DNA of 64,000 bases from an uncultured Candidatus Saccharibacteria bacterium (lineage in GTDB: Bacteria > Patescibacteriota > Minisyncoccia > Phycocordibacterales > UBA9973). The stretch lies in assembly GCA_964645245.1 (NCBI GenBank), contig CAZYBS010000002.1:18161-82160 (forward strand), in the 5' to 3' direction. This document shows, in pieces, positions 19,874 to 29,814 of the stretch (within the stretch, counting starts at the first letter, position 1; each line of letters begins with the position of its first letter). The translations under genes were made by a program, and so were the position numbers. The notes under the pieces are model-generated. The model saw only the letters and a list, made by a program, of their open reading frames with translations. It had not been told where the DNA came from and made no database searches.

Positions 19874-21292
19874 TTAAATCTTTGAAATTTTCTGTCCTTC
19901 ACTTGTGTCCTTAATATCGTAACCCAGAGAATTTATTTTTTTGCGAAGTTCATCGGATTTTTTGAAGTTTTTATCAAGGCGGGCTTGCTCACGTTCTTTT
20001 ATAAGTTTTTGTATTTCTTCCGGTATTTTTTCTTCTTTTAAATCTGCAAAACCAAGTCCAAGTATTTTATCAAAATCCAAAATTGTCACTTTTTTGTCGG
20101 CATCGGACATATTTTCATCTTTTATTACATCCCAAAGGAGAGACAATGCTCTGGGGGTGTCTAAATCGTCTTCCATATATTCTCTAAACTTGTTTTGATA
20201 TTCTTGATGTACATTTCCAACATCCTTGCCTAGGCTCAGATAGAGGTTATAAAGCCGTTTTAGGGCGTTTTCCGCTCCTTCCAAGGCCTCCCAGTTAAAG
20301 TTCATTTTAGTGCGATAATTAGCCATTAGAAGCCAAAAGCGATAAGTTACAGAGTTTATGTTTTTATTGGTTAAATTTTCTAATTTTAAGAAATTATTTT
20401 CTGATTTGGACATTTTTACACCACCAGTATCAACAAATTCACTATACATCCAAAATTTAACGAAGGGCTTTTTACCAGTTGCACATTCCGATTGAGCTAT
20501 CTCATTGGTATGATGGGTGGTGATAAGGTCAATGCCCCCTGTATGGATATCAAATTGCTCGCCTAAGAATTTCATACTCATGGCTGAGCATTCTATGTGC
20601 CAACCAGGAAAACCCTTACTCCAGGGAGATTCAAAACCGATTTCGGATTCTTGTCCGCCTTTGGTGGAGAATTTCCAAAGCGCAAAGTCTTCCGGATTTT
20701 TCTTCTCAGAATTCTCAATAACTCTGGCGTGATTTTCCTGCCAAATTCTTTTTCCACCCCAAAGTATCCCATAGTCCGACATTTTTGAAATATCAAAATA
20801 AATTCCGTCGTTTGTTTTATATGTATATCCTTTTTCTTCCAGTTTTTTTATTAGATCTATATCTTCTTTTATATAATCGCTGGCAAAAGGCATTTTGTCC
20901 GGTATTTTAATATTTAATTTTTTCAAATTGTCCTTAAATTTTTCTGTATAGAATTCTGCCAACTCCCGCATATTTTTTAAATTCAAAACTTTTCCTTCAC
21001 GCAACAGTCCCTTAGTCATTTTATCTTCACCGGAGTCCGCATCGCTTGTTAGGTGTCCGATATCCGTAATGTTCATTACTTGTTTTACTTTTAGTCCGCT
21101 ATATTTGAGGGTGCGGCATAGAATATCAGCAAAAACATAAGAGCGTAAATTTCCTATATGCACATAATCATATACTGTCGGTCCGCAAGTATACATTCGG
21201 ACTTCGTCTTTATCAATAGGGGAGAAGTTTTCTTTTTTGCGCGTCAGAGTGTTATACAGTAATATTTTTTTGTGCATTTTCTTTGAATTCAT
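19874..21292 (-). CDS. cysS: Cysteine--tRNA ligase
   Basis: YTCGPTVY, HIGN, GFPGWHIECSAM, KMSKS. Confidence 0.98.
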   Translation of the reverse strand: MNSKKMHKKILLYNTLTRKKENFSPIDKDEVRMYTCGPTVYDYVHIGNLRSYVFADILCRTLKYSGLKVKQVMNITDIGHLTSDADSGEDKMTKGLLREGKVLNLKNMRELAEFYTEKFKDNLKKLNIKIPDKMPFASDYIKEDIDLIKKLEEKGYTYKTNDGIYFDISKMSDYGILWGGKRIWQENHARVIENSEKKNPEDFALWKFSTKGGQESEIGFESPWSKGFPGWHIECSAMSMKFLGEQFDIHTGGIDLITTHHTNEIAQSECATGKKPFVKFWMYSEFVDTGGVKMSKSENNFLKLENLTNKNINSVTYRFWLLMANYRTKMNFNWEALEGAENALKRLYNLYLSLGKDVGNVHQEYQNKFREYMEDDLDTPRALSLLWDVIKDENMSDADKKVTILDFDKILGLGFADLKEEKIPEEIQKLIKEREQARLDKNFKKSDELRKKINSLGYDIKDTSEGQKISKI

Positions 21293-22289
21293 TTCTATAA
21301 ATTGAGATAAGGGTGTAGAGTAAGCTTACCGTCAAAGGTCCTACTAAAATACCAACTGGACCCAAGAGCGAAACTCCGCCGAGCACTGAAAACAGAATCA
21401 AGAGGGAAGGCATATTTATTTTTTTGCCGACGATCAGCGGGCTTAAGAAATTGTCAATCATTCCTACCACCACGACTGCCCAGATTAAAAGACCTATAGC
21501 AGACGTGGTATCTCCAGTAATAAAAAGGAAAATAATTGCAGGAACTGAGACTAGAGCAGTACCAAAGGTCGGAATCAGAGATAGGACGGCAGCCACTACG
21601 CCCCAAAGTGCTCCATTGGGAATATTAAAAAGCCAAAATCCAAACCCCAAAAGTACTCCTTGGATCAGAGCTATTAAAAGAGATCCTTTTATTACAGCGT
21701 TGACGGCTTGCGCCAGCTTGGTAATTATTTTTTCATCATCTTTATCTCCCAGCGGACTAAGCACAACAATAGTTTCTCTCCATTTTGCTCCGTCTTTTAA
21801 AAAATAAAAAATAATTAAGAGCATTAATATAAATGAAAAGAAAGCGGAAATAGTAGTACTGAATATATTCGCTATATTATTTGATATGTAAGAAATAAAA
21901 TCCCTGGCTTTCTCGTTTATATTAAAAACTATACCTTCAGGCAATATTTTATTTACTGTATTGTTGATTGAATCCATGAATGGTTTAGCATTTCTTTCAT
22001 TTACAACTTGATGATAAACATTCTGACTTTGTTTAAAGACCATAGCGCTAATGCCTAAAAGCGGGCCACAGATTACTAGAGCAAAAAGACCCACAGTCAG
22101 AAAGGCAGAAAGCCAACTGGGCAATTTCCTATCATTGAGCCATTCGTATATAGGATAGAGCACAATGGAAAAAGAGATTCCAAGCACCAGCACTATCCAA
22201 AAAGGGCGGAAAATTAGAAAAGTGAAAAGAAGAGTTGCCAATAAGAGCCCGAAGAAAAAATATCTTTCAATAAATTTTGTTTGCATCAT
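21252..22289 (-). CDS. AI-2E family transporter
   Basis: Multi-TM; IDNFLSPLIVG...LFSVLGG...GILVGP. Confidence 0.9.
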   Translation of the reverse strand: MMQTKFIERYFFFGLLLATLLFTFLIFRPFWIVLVLGISFSIVLYPIYEWLNDRKLPSWLSAFLTVGLFALVICGPLLGISAMVFKQSQNVYHQVVNERNAKPFMDSINNTVNKILPEGIVFNINEKARDFISYISNNIANIFSTTISAFFSFILMLLIIFYFLKDGAKWRETIVVLSPLGDKDDEKIITKLAQAVNAVIKGSLLIALIQGVLLGFGFWLFNIPNGALWGVVAAVLSLIPTFGTALVSVPAIIFLFITGDTTSAIGLLIWAVVVVGMIDNFLSPLIVGKKINMPSLLILFSVLGGVSLLGPVGILVGPLTVSLLYTLISIYRNEFKENAQKNITV

Positions 22290-22345
22290 AGAATTATTAT
22301 AGCATATATTTGCTTTTTTACAAAATTTCTTATAATATATAATTT

Positions 22346-22684
22346 ATGGAATTCGCGGTTATACAAACAGGCGGGAAGCAATACAAGGTCTCGAAGGGGA
22401 GCCTTGTTTCTATTGAGAAAATCAAGGGACCTGCCTCGCCGGTAGGCAGGGAATATAAAAAAGGAGACAAACTTTTTTTTGATAAAGTCTTGCTCGTTGA
22501 CGATGGCAAAGACACCACTATCGGCACGCCTTATATCGTCGGCGCAAAAGTGAATGCGGAAATTGTAGAAATCGGCCGGGCCCGAAAAATTCTCGTCGTA
22601 AAATATAAGCAAAAATCCCGTTACCTGCGCCGCGCCGGCCACCGCCAGCCTTTCTTTAAAGTAAAAATTACTTCGATTAAATAA
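22346..22684 (+). CDS. rplU: 50S ribosomal protein L21 (7-aa palindrome-derived insert)
   Basis: FAVIQTGGKQYKV...GHRQPF. Confidence 0.97.
   Translation: MEFAVIQTGGKQYKVSKGSLVSIEKIKGPASPVGREYKKGDKLFFDKVLLVDDGKDTTIGTPYIVGAKVNAEIVEIGRARKILVVKYKQKSRYLRRAGHRQPFFKVKITSIK
22430..22450. repeat. REP-like palindrome inserted in frame in rplU
   Basis: CCTGCCT-cgccggt-AGGCAGG, 21 bp, encoding PASPVGR. Confidence 0.8.
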
Positions 22685-22709
22685 CAGTTAATTAGTTTGA
22701 TATCAAGCT

Positions 22710-23417
22710 GTGATTAAATCTACATTTAGAATATTATGGTTTACTATATTTGCCATAACCTTACTTATTGGAGGATTTGTTGGATTTTATTTTGTAAAAA
22801 ATTATATAAAAGACCAATCTACGTTAAAACGGATTCCCGCAATAGTAAATTGGGTAGAAAATTTTTATACAAAAAAAGGACACTATCCGGCCAAAGAAGA
22901 ATTCGATAATAAGTTTCCGGATTTTCGTAAAATAAGCAAGAGAGGATACACCACATATAGTGATTCAGCTCAAAAGGCGCCACAAGATTTTTCTTTACCG
23001 TATGATTTATCTAAGGAGAGAAAAAACGCCATAGGCACCCCAAGTCGGACCCTTTTCTATGACGGCTATTATAATGTTCGGCCTTGTCCTCGGTGGGGTG
23101 TATTGGGTCTTGAGTCAAAAGAAACTGTACAGTCTCTTGAGGGTGGTCTTTACGTCTATCCACCCGAGGGTATGATTTTTGCAGATTTTTATGCGGGAGA
23201 AATTTACTTTTCACACATTGAAAATCACAAATTATTAAATGGTAAAACTACATTATTGAGTGGGTTAAATAAACCACGGGGGTTTTATTTGAATACAGGT
23301 AAAGTATTAGTAACTGATGGTCCTGACGTTTTTACCTATGATTGGGTGGGTAGTGAACTTAAACTAAAAAATCCTCAAAAAATTGGACAGGTTCCAACGG
23401 GTTGCCCTGTCTCTTAG
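22710..23417 (+). CDS. Membrane-anchored extracytoplasmic protein, pilin/pseudopilin-like N-terminus possible
   Basis: N-terminal TM, then VENFYTKKGHYP; terminal Cys pair. Confidence 0.6.
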   Translation: MIKSTFRILWFTIFAITLLIGGFVGFYFVKNYIKDQSTLKRIPAIVNWVENFYTKKGHYPAKEEFDNKFPDFRKISKRGYTTYSDSAQKAPQDFSLPYDLSKERKNAIGTPSRTLFYDGYYNVRPCPRWGVLGLESKETVQSLEGGLYVYPPEGMIFADFYAGEIYFSHIENHKLLNGKTTLLSGLNKPRGFYLNTGKVLVTDGPDVFTYDWVGSELKLKNPQKIGQVPTGCPVS

Positions 23418-23480
23418 CGAGAAATTTTATTGTCTATTCCTCAATGCATTTTTGTTATATAAGTATGCTATACTCAAATT

Positions 23481-24002
23481 ATGCTATCGCGGAATTCAAG
23501 TATTGAAAATATAATTTTTAGACTCTTGTTTGAACCAACGCATCGGTATAAAGGTATGCCTGTTAGCATGCTTGGATTACCTGCCATATTTCCGTTTAAA
23601 AAGCAGTCTATAAACAATACGCTTTCCCGATTAAACAAAAATGGTTTGATACTGAAAGAAAATAATTACATATCTTTACTCCCCAGGGGAAGAAAACATG
23701 TTGAAAATAAAAAAGTTAGATTTTTAACATTTGCTTCGCCGTATAAAAAAGAATCACCCAGGAACTTGCTTGTAATGTTTGATATTCCAGAAGTCAAAAA
23801 GGCGGAAAGAGAATGGTTTCGTTTCCACTTGCGACAATTTGACTATAAAATGATCCAGAAAAGCGTTTGGGTCGGACCATCACCTCTTCCGAAAGATTTC
23901 TTGGATTATGTAAAAGAAATTAAGCTTCGAGAATGTATTAAAACATTTAAACTAGCCAAACCCTACCCTACAATACTCAAACTTAGCGATAGCAGAATTT
24001 GA
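23481..24002 (+). CDS. PaaX-like regulator with Cas2-like C-terminal domain
   Basis: Winged helix (NTLSRLNKNGLI), then LVMFDIPE...R.WFR..L...Y.MIQKSVW. Confidence 0.75.
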   Translation: MLSRNSSIENIIFRLLFEPTHRYKGMPVSMLGLPAIFPFKKQSINNTLSRLNKNGLILKENNYISLLPRGRKHVENKKVRFLTFASPYKKESPRNLLVMFDIPEVKKAEREWFRFHLRQFDYKMIQKSVWVGPSPLPKDFLDYVKEIKLRECIKTFKLAKPYPTILKLSDSRI

Positions 24003-24036
24003 GTATTTGACGTTTCTTTTTGTTGTAATTCACTTA

Positions 24037-24828
24037 CTAGGACGGATGGATAAACCAGCCACGGTTCTTGGCGTGCTTGTATCCGGCGATGTAAAGAAAA
24101 ATTCCAAGTGCTAAATAAATTAAATTAAGAGTAACAATTATAATTATGGTGGGACTTTCGGGGTTTTGTCCGTGCAAAATGAGTGCTCGCAGTCCCTCAA
24201 AAATATGACTGACCGGAAAAATACCGGCTACTTTTGCTACAAGAGGAGGCAGGGTATTAAGCGGATAAAAAACTCCGCTAATCGGATAGAGGATTGCAAT
24301 GAGTGACCAGGCCAATATTTGAACTCTAGTACCGAATCGAAATATTAAAGACGAAGTAATATAGCCGAATGCCCAACCGAACACAAAAATATTTAAAATA
24401 AAAAATGTGATCGGCCAACCATAGTAGAGTAGATTAAAACCAAACAAGCCAGAAGTCAGAAATAGTAAAAACGAAACTGTTATCAATGCTTTAATAAGCG
24501 ATAAAATCAGCGTTCCGATTATGACTTCCCCGATTGATATTGGCGAAGAAAATAAATTATATAAATTTCTACTCCATGCATCTTCTAAAAGCGATACAGT
24601 AATGTCTCTTTGTATATTATAAACAAGAGTCCACAATATCAGCCCTCCCAAAATAGCCGAGGCTATCCCAGCTTGGACGTTTAACTTGTCTATATAAACA
24701 GTCAGCAAGCCAAATGCCAGAAGATCAATGGTGGGCCAGAAAATAATATCAACTTTGCGATCAATTGTCGCTACGACCTCACACCAGTGGCGATATAAAA
24801 ATCCCTTTATTCTGTGAAGTTTAATCAT
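24037..24828 (-). CDS. ABC-2 type transporter permease
   Basis: Six TM; SGVFYPLNTLP; adjacent to ATPase gene. Confidence 0.9.
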   Translation of the reverse strand: MIKLHRIKGFLYRHWCEVVATIDRKVDIIFWPTIDLLAFGLLTVYIDKLNVQAGIASAILGGLILWTLVYNIQRDITVSLLEDAWSRNLYNLFSSPISIGEVIIGTLILSLIKALITVSFLLFLTSGLFGFNLLYYGWPITFFILNIFVFGWAFGYITSSLIFRFGTRVQILAWSLIAILYPISGVFYPLNTLPPLVAKVAGIFPVSHIFEGLRALILHGQNPESPTIIIIVTLNLIYLALGIFLYIAGYKHAKNRGWFIHPS

Positions 24829-25573
24829 ATTCCAATTCCCCTTTAGCTAACTTCAAAAATACTTCCTCCATACTTTCAACTTCCAAAAACTTTTGCAGAT
24901 TTTGTGGCGTATCTATTTTGTAAATTTCTCCCTTGTGCAGCAGGGCAACCCGGTTGCACATTTGTTCTACTTCCGGCATATTGTGGGATGTAAAAATAAT
25001 TGTTAGTTTTCTTTGTTTTTGGATTTTAAGCAGCATATTGCGTACGTGGGCAGCGATGGCCGGATCAAGACTGGCGGTTGGTTCATCTAAAAGCAAGAAT
25101 TCCGGGTCATTGATCAAACTTTTACAGAGATTTACGCGAGTTTTTTGTCCAGCAGATAGATCATTAATTTTCTGATTGCGTAAGTCGCTAATCTGGAACT
25201 GTTCAAGTAAACTTTCTATTTTATTTCTATAATTTTTAACTCCGTATAATAGCGCAAAGACTTTTAGATTTTTGTATATGGTTAAGTTATTTGCCAAATC
25301 AGCGTAAGCTGTGGCAATATTCATTCGGTCTTTTATTTCTTCTTCATGTTCAAAAAAATTTTTACCGAAAATTTTTACTGTTCCAGAAGTAGGGGACAGC
25401 AGTCCGATTAGAATATTCAGAGTGGTGGATTTGCCAGCGCCATTAGGACCTAAGATGCCGAAAATTTCTCCCTCGGATATCTTAAAATTTATACCCTTAA
25501 GAGCAAAGATCGGTTTCTTTTTTGAGCCATAAACTTTCTTTAGATTTTCTACTTCAATAATATTTCTAGCCAT
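24821..25573 (-). CDS. ABC transporter ATP-binding protein
   Basis: GPNGAGKST, LSAGQ, LLLDEPT, SHNM. Confidence 0.95.
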   Translation of the reverse strand: MARNIIEVENLKKVYGSKKKPIFALKGINFKISEGEIFGILGPNGAGKSTTLNILIGLLSPTSGTVKIFGKNFFEHEEEIKDRMNIATAYADLANNLTIYKNLKVFALLYGVKNYRNKIESLLEQFQISDLRNQKINDLSAGQKTRVNLCKSLINDPEFLLLDEPTASLDPAIAAHVRNMLLKIQKQRKLTIIFTSHNMPEVEQMCNRVALLHKGEIYKIDTPQNLQKFLEVESMEEVFLKLAKGELEYD

Positions 25574-25579
25574 ATTTTT

Positions 25580-26197
25580 TTACTGCCGATTTTTTAGGGC
25601 GTTTTTGAGGGTGTCGTTGTCTGAATATTCAAGTTCCGTGCCGGTGGAAAGACCTTTGCCCAGGGAGGAGATTTTAATACCGAGTGTTTTTGCAATTTCC
25701 TTGAGCTGTTCTCGAACGTAAGAGTCAGTATGGTTGCCTTGGGGATTTAAGGAAAAAGCGAGGATTATTTCTTTTAAATTATTTTTCGCTTCACCCTTTA
25801 TCTTTTCTTTTAGTTCTTCAATTCGAACTCGGCTTTTGGTATTCTTTTCAACAATCGGCACCAGTCCGCCTAAAATAAAATACTTGCCATTATAAACTCT
25901 GCTTTTCTTTACACTTTCCAAATCAGAATCTTTTTCAACAATCATCAAGGTAGAAGAATCTATATTTGCATCAGCGCATATTTCACAAATTTTCTCTTTG
26001 CTGTTTTTTATTATAAAAAATCTAAAACATTCTTTGCATTGCGCTATTTCTTTTTTTAAATCTAAAATCAAACTAGCTAAATTATCAATATAGCTTCCAT
26101 TTCTAGACATCAAAAAATAAACAAAGCGTCTGGCTTGCCGCTCTCCGATGCCGGGAAATTCCTTAAAAATTTGACTTAGTTTTTCAATAATGTCCAT
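25580..26197 (-). CDS. recR: Recombination mediator RecR
   Basis: FPGIGERQARR HhH, CxxC...CxxC, Toprim domain, ELEYSD. Confidence 0.93.
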   Translation of the reverse strand: MDIIEKLSQIFKEFPGIGERQARRFVYFLMSRNGSYIDNLASLILDLKKEIAQCKECFRFFIIKNSKEKICEICADANIDSSTLMIVEKDSDLESVKKSRVYNGKYFILGGLVPIVEKNTKSRVRIEELKEKIKGEAKNNLKEIILAFSLNPQGNHTDSYVREQLKEIAKTLGIKISSLGKGLSTGTELEYSDNDTLKNALKNRQ

Positions 26198-26214
26198 TTC
26201 CTGATTCTAGCACA

Positions 26215-27621
26215 TTAAAATTCATCTAAGTCTCCTTTTACTTTCGATGGGGCGAATTCACTGATATTGCTTTTTTCAAGGTTTAAGAAGGTCGTGGTTT
26301 TTTCATCAAAATAGAGCTCAATTTTCCCCACCGGGCCGTTGCGGTGTTTTTCAATCAAAATTTCTGCAATATTTGTTTTTTCTGATTCATCTTTTCCTTT
26401 ATCTTCCCGATGAATGAACATTACAACATCCGCATCTTGCTCTATAGACCCCGAATCGCGAAGGTCAGATAATCTTGGTTTCCCGCCCCTGGACTCTACT
26501 GCGCGGGAGAGCTGGGAGAGCGCCAGTACTGGCACGTTCAGTTCTTTTGCCAAACTCTTAAGCGACCTTGAAATTTCTGTCACTTGGCTGACCATTGAAT
26601 CGTAATTTTTTGAAGTTGTCATCAGCTGCAGGTAATCAACGACGATAAGGTCAAGCCCTTTTTCCGCCTTGAGTCTGCGGGACAAGGCTTTCATCCGGAC
26701 AATGGAATTTCCCGGCTGGTCATCAATATAAATCTGCGCCTTGGCCAATTTGTCCAGCGAGTCCCGAAGTTGGGAGAATTCTCTGTCCGAAGACAAGCGT
26801 CCGGTGCGCAAGTTCCAAGCATTGACTCGGCTCTCGGCTGAAAGCATCCTATCCACTAATTGTTGAGAAGACATTTCCAAAGAGAATATCACTACCGACT
26901 TTTCGTGTACCACTGATGTCATGCGGGCGATATCCAGAGCCAGAGTAGTCTTACCCATGCTTGGTCTGGCCGCAATAATAATCAAATCAGCTTTTTGCAA
27001 ACCGGAGAGAATAGTATCCAGATCTCGGAAGCCAGTCGGAAGTCCGCGCAGCATTCCTTTATTTTCATGAAGTTTTTCCAGGCGCTCGTAAGCTTCCGGC
27101 AAAGCATCTTTCAAATGCACATATTTTTGATTCTTCGGCGAAGAGACGACGCTAAATACTTTTTTTTCTGCCATGTCCAAAATGTCTTCCATATGGTCGT
27201 CGCCCTCTTCAAAGGCGAGCTCAGAAACATAATCCGCCGCTTCAATCAAGCTTCGCAAGACATATTTTTTTTGCACGATATCAGCATAGTGTTTGACATT
27301 AATACTTGAGGGAACGACGTTGACTATTTCCGCCAGATATTGATTGCCTCCGACTTGCTCGAGCATTTTTTTCTCGGCCAGCTTGGTAGAGAGCGAAAGC
27401 ATGTCTATCGGCTCGTTCTTGAGGGACAGGTCAAGCATTGCCTGGAAAATCTTCTTGTGCTTCTGAACATAAAAAGATTCCGGCGATACCATATCCTCCA
27501 CCTCATGCATTGCGTCCTTGCGAAGCATGATGGATCCAAGTACCGCTTGTTCTGACTCAATACTCTGGGGTGGAATGCGCAGATTACTATTCTGCTTGTT
27601 GGTTTTTAGATTTCTGACCAT
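26215..27621 (-). CDS. dnaB: Replicative DNA helicase
   Basis: AARPSMGKT, FSLEMS, VDYLQL, DLRDSGSIEQDAD. Confidence 0.98.
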   Translation of the reverse strand: MVRNLKTNKQNSNLRIPPQSIESEQAVLGSIMLRKDAMHEVEDMVSPESFYVQKHKKIFQAMLDLSLKNEPIDMLSLSTKLAEKKMLEQVGGNQYLAEIVNVVPSSINVKHYADIVQKKYVLRSLIEAADYVSELAFEEGDDHMEDILDMAEKKVFSVVSSPKNQKYVHLKDALPEAYERLEKLHENKGMLRGLPTGFRDLDTILSGLQKADLIIIAARPSMGKTTLALDIARMTSVVHEKSVVIFSLEMSSQQLVDRMLSAESRVNAWNLRTGRLSSDREFSQLRDSLDKLAKAQIYIDDQPGNSIVRMKALSRRLKAEKGLDLIVVDYLQLMTTSKNYDSMVSQVTEISRSLKSLAKELNVPVLALSQLSRAVESRGGKPRLSDLRDSGSIEQDADVVMFIHREDKGKDESEKTNIAEILIEKHRNGPVGKIELYFDEKTTTFLNLEKSNISEFAPSKVKGDLDEF

Positions 27622-27728
27622 AAAGCCATTTTAGCACAGTAGAAAAATTGTCAAAATGGAAAAATGGGCAAAATGTTATTAAAATGTGGACAAATATTTA
27701 GGCTGAAATAGTTAAAATATGCTAATAT

Positions 27729-28685
27729 ATGGGCATGTTTAAAAAAGTATTATTGTCCGGCATTCAGCCTTCCGGCAAACCCCATATTGGGAACTATTTT
27801 GGCATGATGAAGCAACTTGTGAATTTACAAGACGAATATGATGTATACGCGCTGATAGTTGATTATCATGCCATGAAGTCTGTCCAAGATCCAAAGGCTA
27901 TGCGGGAAAATATTATTGCTGTTTTGATTGATTTCTTGGCAATTGGCTTAGATCCAAAAAAAGTCACTCTTTTCAAGCAAAGTGATATTTCCGAGCATAC
28001 TGAACTGGCTTGGATTTTTGAAACTCTTACCACAATGCCGTATTTGATGCGAGCACACGCTTTCAAGGACGCACAGATGAAGAATAAAGAAATAGATGTT
28101 GGCACTTTTAATTATCCGATGCTGATGGCGGCAGATATTTTGCTTTATAGCTCTGATATAGTGCCTGTCGGAGCCGACCAAAAACAGCATATTGAGATTG
28201 CGCGTGATACTGCGGAGAAATTTAATAATACCTTCGGTGAGACTTTTAAGTTGCCAGAAGTGATGATTGTGAAAGATGTGGCTGTGGTACCCGGCACAGA
28301 TGGCAGAAAAATGAGCAAAAGTTATAGCAATACCATTGCGCTTTTTGCCGAATACGAAGAAATTAAAAAATGTGTGATGAGCATAGTCACAGATTCCAGA
28401 GAGGGGATTCCTAAAAATGTCTACGCAATACACAATCTGCTTCGCCCCGCCGAGGAGCTTTTGCCTATTTATAAAAGCAAGGTAGGAAAGTATAAAGAGC
28501 TCAAAGAAATCCTGATTGAAGACTTGGAGAAATTCATCGCGCCACTTCGTGAACGTCGCAAAGTATTTGAAAAAGATATTCCAAAAGCTCTGGCAATTCT
28601 AAAAGCCGGCGGTGAAAAAGCCAAAAAAGTCGCTTCCGCTAAAATGGCCGAAGTAAGGGAAAAAGTGGGGGTAGATGTTTATTAA
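27729..28685 (+). CDS. trpS: Tryptophan--tRNA ligase
   Basis: SGIQPSG, HIGNY, YPMLMAADIL, VPVGADQKQH, KMSKS. Confidence 0.98.
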   Translation: MGMFKKVLLSGIQPSGKPHIGNYFGMMKQLVNLQDEYDVYALIVDYHAMKSVQDPKAMRENIIAVLIDFLAIGLDPKKVTLFKQSDISEHTELAWIFETLTTMPYLMRAHAFKDAQMKNKEIDVGTFNYPMLMAADILLYSSDIVPVGADQKQHIEIARDTAEKFNNTFGETFKLPEVMIVKDVAVVPGTDGRKMSKSYSNTIALFAEYEEIKKCVMSIVTDSREGIPKNVYAIHNLLRPAEELLPIYKSKVGKYKELKEILIEDLEKFIAPLRERRKVFEKDIPKALAILKAGGEKAKKVASAKMAEVREKVGVDVY

Positions 28686-28697
28686 ATTTTTTAAAAT

Positions 28698-28994
28698 ATG
28701 AAACATCTTAATAAAAAAATTCCAGAGTACAAACACGAACTAATTAAAGTTTTTTCCCAAATTTACGGTAATCAGAAATTAATGAATGAATTTCTAGTAG
28801 ATATTCTCACGCCAAATGAGTTTGAAGCTTTGGCTTTAAGGTGGCAAATAGTTAAAAAACTAAATAAAGGAGAGACCCATAGGTCTGTAGCAGGGGACTT
28901 AGGCTTAGGTATAAGTACTGTAAATCGTGGCTCTCGCGAACTTCGCAACAAAAACGGCGGTTTTCATCTAATGTTAAAGAAATTGGGTAAATAG
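28698..28994 (+). CDS. trpR: Trp repressor (TrpR family)
   Basis: ILTPNE.EALALRWQIV..L..GETHRSVA..LGLGISTVNRGSREL; directly after trpS. Confidence 0.88.
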   Translation: MKHLNKKIPEYKHELIKVFSQIYGNQKLMNEFLVDILTPNEFEALALRWQIVKKLNKGETHRSVAGDLGLGISTVNRGSRELRNKNGGFHLMLKKLGK

Positions 28995-28996
28995 AG

Positions 28997-29005
28997 TTAT
29001 CCACA
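28997..29005 (+). promoter_or_regulatory. Perfect DnaA box
   Basis: TTATCCACA. Confidence 0.6.
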
Positions 29006-29042
29006 GACCATTTTTAAATGACCTTGCTTCCTCTTTTTTATA

Positions 29043-29070
29043 TGTTATCATGTACTAGTACATGATAACA
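29043..29070. promoter_or_regulatory. 28-bp perfect palindrome, putative tandem TrpR operator over -10/+1
   Basis: TGTTATCATGTACT|AGTACATGATAACA; contains GTACTAGTAC; overlaps the -10 (TATCAT) of TTGCTT-N16-TATCAT. Confidence 0.8.
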
Positions 29071-29139
29071 ATAGAAATCAACCAAATAGGTAAATCATGG
29101 TGGGGCGCAAAGCATCTAGCTTTTGCGTCGTTTTGTTGA
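29062..29139 (+). CDS. Trp leader peptide (TrpL-like, 25 aa)
   Basis: MITIEINQIGKSWWGAKHLAFASFC; TGG TGG at 29098-29103 just before alternative hairpins. Confidence 0.8.
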   Translation: MITIEINQIGKSWWGAKHLAFASFC

Positions 29140-29204
29140 TTTCTTTTTCTACCAAATAATAAGGAATCCATTAAGTGGCGCATGAGCGTCATTTTTTGTT
29201 CTTT
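29104..29204 (+). terminator. Transcription attenuator (1:2, 2:3, 3:4 hairpins)
   Basis: 1:2 ggcgcaaagc/gcttttgcgtc; 2:3 gcgtcgttt/aagtggcgc; 3:4 aagtggcgc-atga-gcgtcattt plus T run. Confidence 0.7.
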
Positions 29205-29219
29205 GTTTTTTGGGGGATT

Positions 29220-29333
29220 ATGAGAAAAAAAATCTTTGTCTGGCTGGAAGATTTTATCTTCTGGCTTGAACAGATCTTATTTAGAGTTCGCAAAGCTCTT
29301 TGGAAGATTGATGGCTTGGGCGGGGGTGAATAA
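29220..29333 (+). CDS. 37-aa amphipathic small ORF (not in ORF track)
   Basis: MRKKIFVWLEDFIFWLEQILFRVRKALWKIDGLGGGE; G-rich SD-like ggggga upstream. Confidence 0.45.
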   Translation: MRKKIFVWLEDFIFWLEQILFRVRKALWKIDGLGGGE

Positions 29334-29417
29334 AAAAACTTCTACCAACAAAGTTTGGGGGCGTCGCTTGTTCTACAAGCGGCGTCCATCAAATATTAAC
29401 AAAATAAAAATACGAAT

Positions 29418-29612
29418 ATGAAACATCAATTTATGTCAAGAATTAAATGCCTCATGCTCACTGGTCATAGAATGGGGAAATACCAGAGTAAAATAGTCAA
29501 TGGAGTGTACGGTAAAGTGGAGGCTCAAAAGACAAGGTGTGCAGATTGTCAATATGTTCAAAAGTATTGGGTCATAAAAGAAAAATTAAGACAATCAGTA
29601 AGATGCAATTAA
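29418..29612 (+). CDS. Small putative zinc-binding protein (copy A)
   Basis: C-x5-H...CxxC; clear paralogue at 37495..37686. Confidence 0.8.
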   Translation: MKHQFMSRIKCLMLTGHRMGKYQSKIVNGVYGKVEAQKTRCADCQYVQKYWVIKEKLRQSVRCN

Positions 29613-29613
29613 G

Positions 29614-29799
29614 ATGAATTTATTAAAAGGAATTTTTGAACTATGTGTTGTATTGCCTACATTGATGCTAATTGATGGAGGTAAAAGGTGGTCAAAATAT
29701 TTAAACGAAGACGATCCATTGGAAGCTTTTCTCTGGACCTTGTTGGTAATATTAGTTTTTGCGTTGATTGTATTGTTAATAAATGGTTATGAATATTAA
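29614..29799 (+). CDS. Small membrane protein (copy A)
   Basis: Hydrophobic segments around IDG.K.WSKYLNE.DP; paralogue at 37311..37493. Confidence 0.8.
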   Translation: MNLLKGIFELCVVLPTLMLIDGGKRWSKYLNEDDPLEAFLWTLLVILVFALIVLLINGYEY

Positions 29800-29814
29800 G
29801 TAAAATATAAATTT

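Noticed and set aside
23481-24002. Cas2-like motif suggesting a CRISPR-Cas locus
   Set aside because: It is fused to a winged-helix domain as in PaaX-like regulators; no cas1 or repeat-spacer array was seen in the window.
27622-27728. T-box leader for trpS, or replication origin
   Set aside because: Too short, no T-box UGGNACC motif, and only one imperfect DnaA box.
29236-29421. 61-aa ORF from the track
   Set aside because: TTG start without SD, and it runs through a hairpin; the ATG ORF at 29220 is more plausible.
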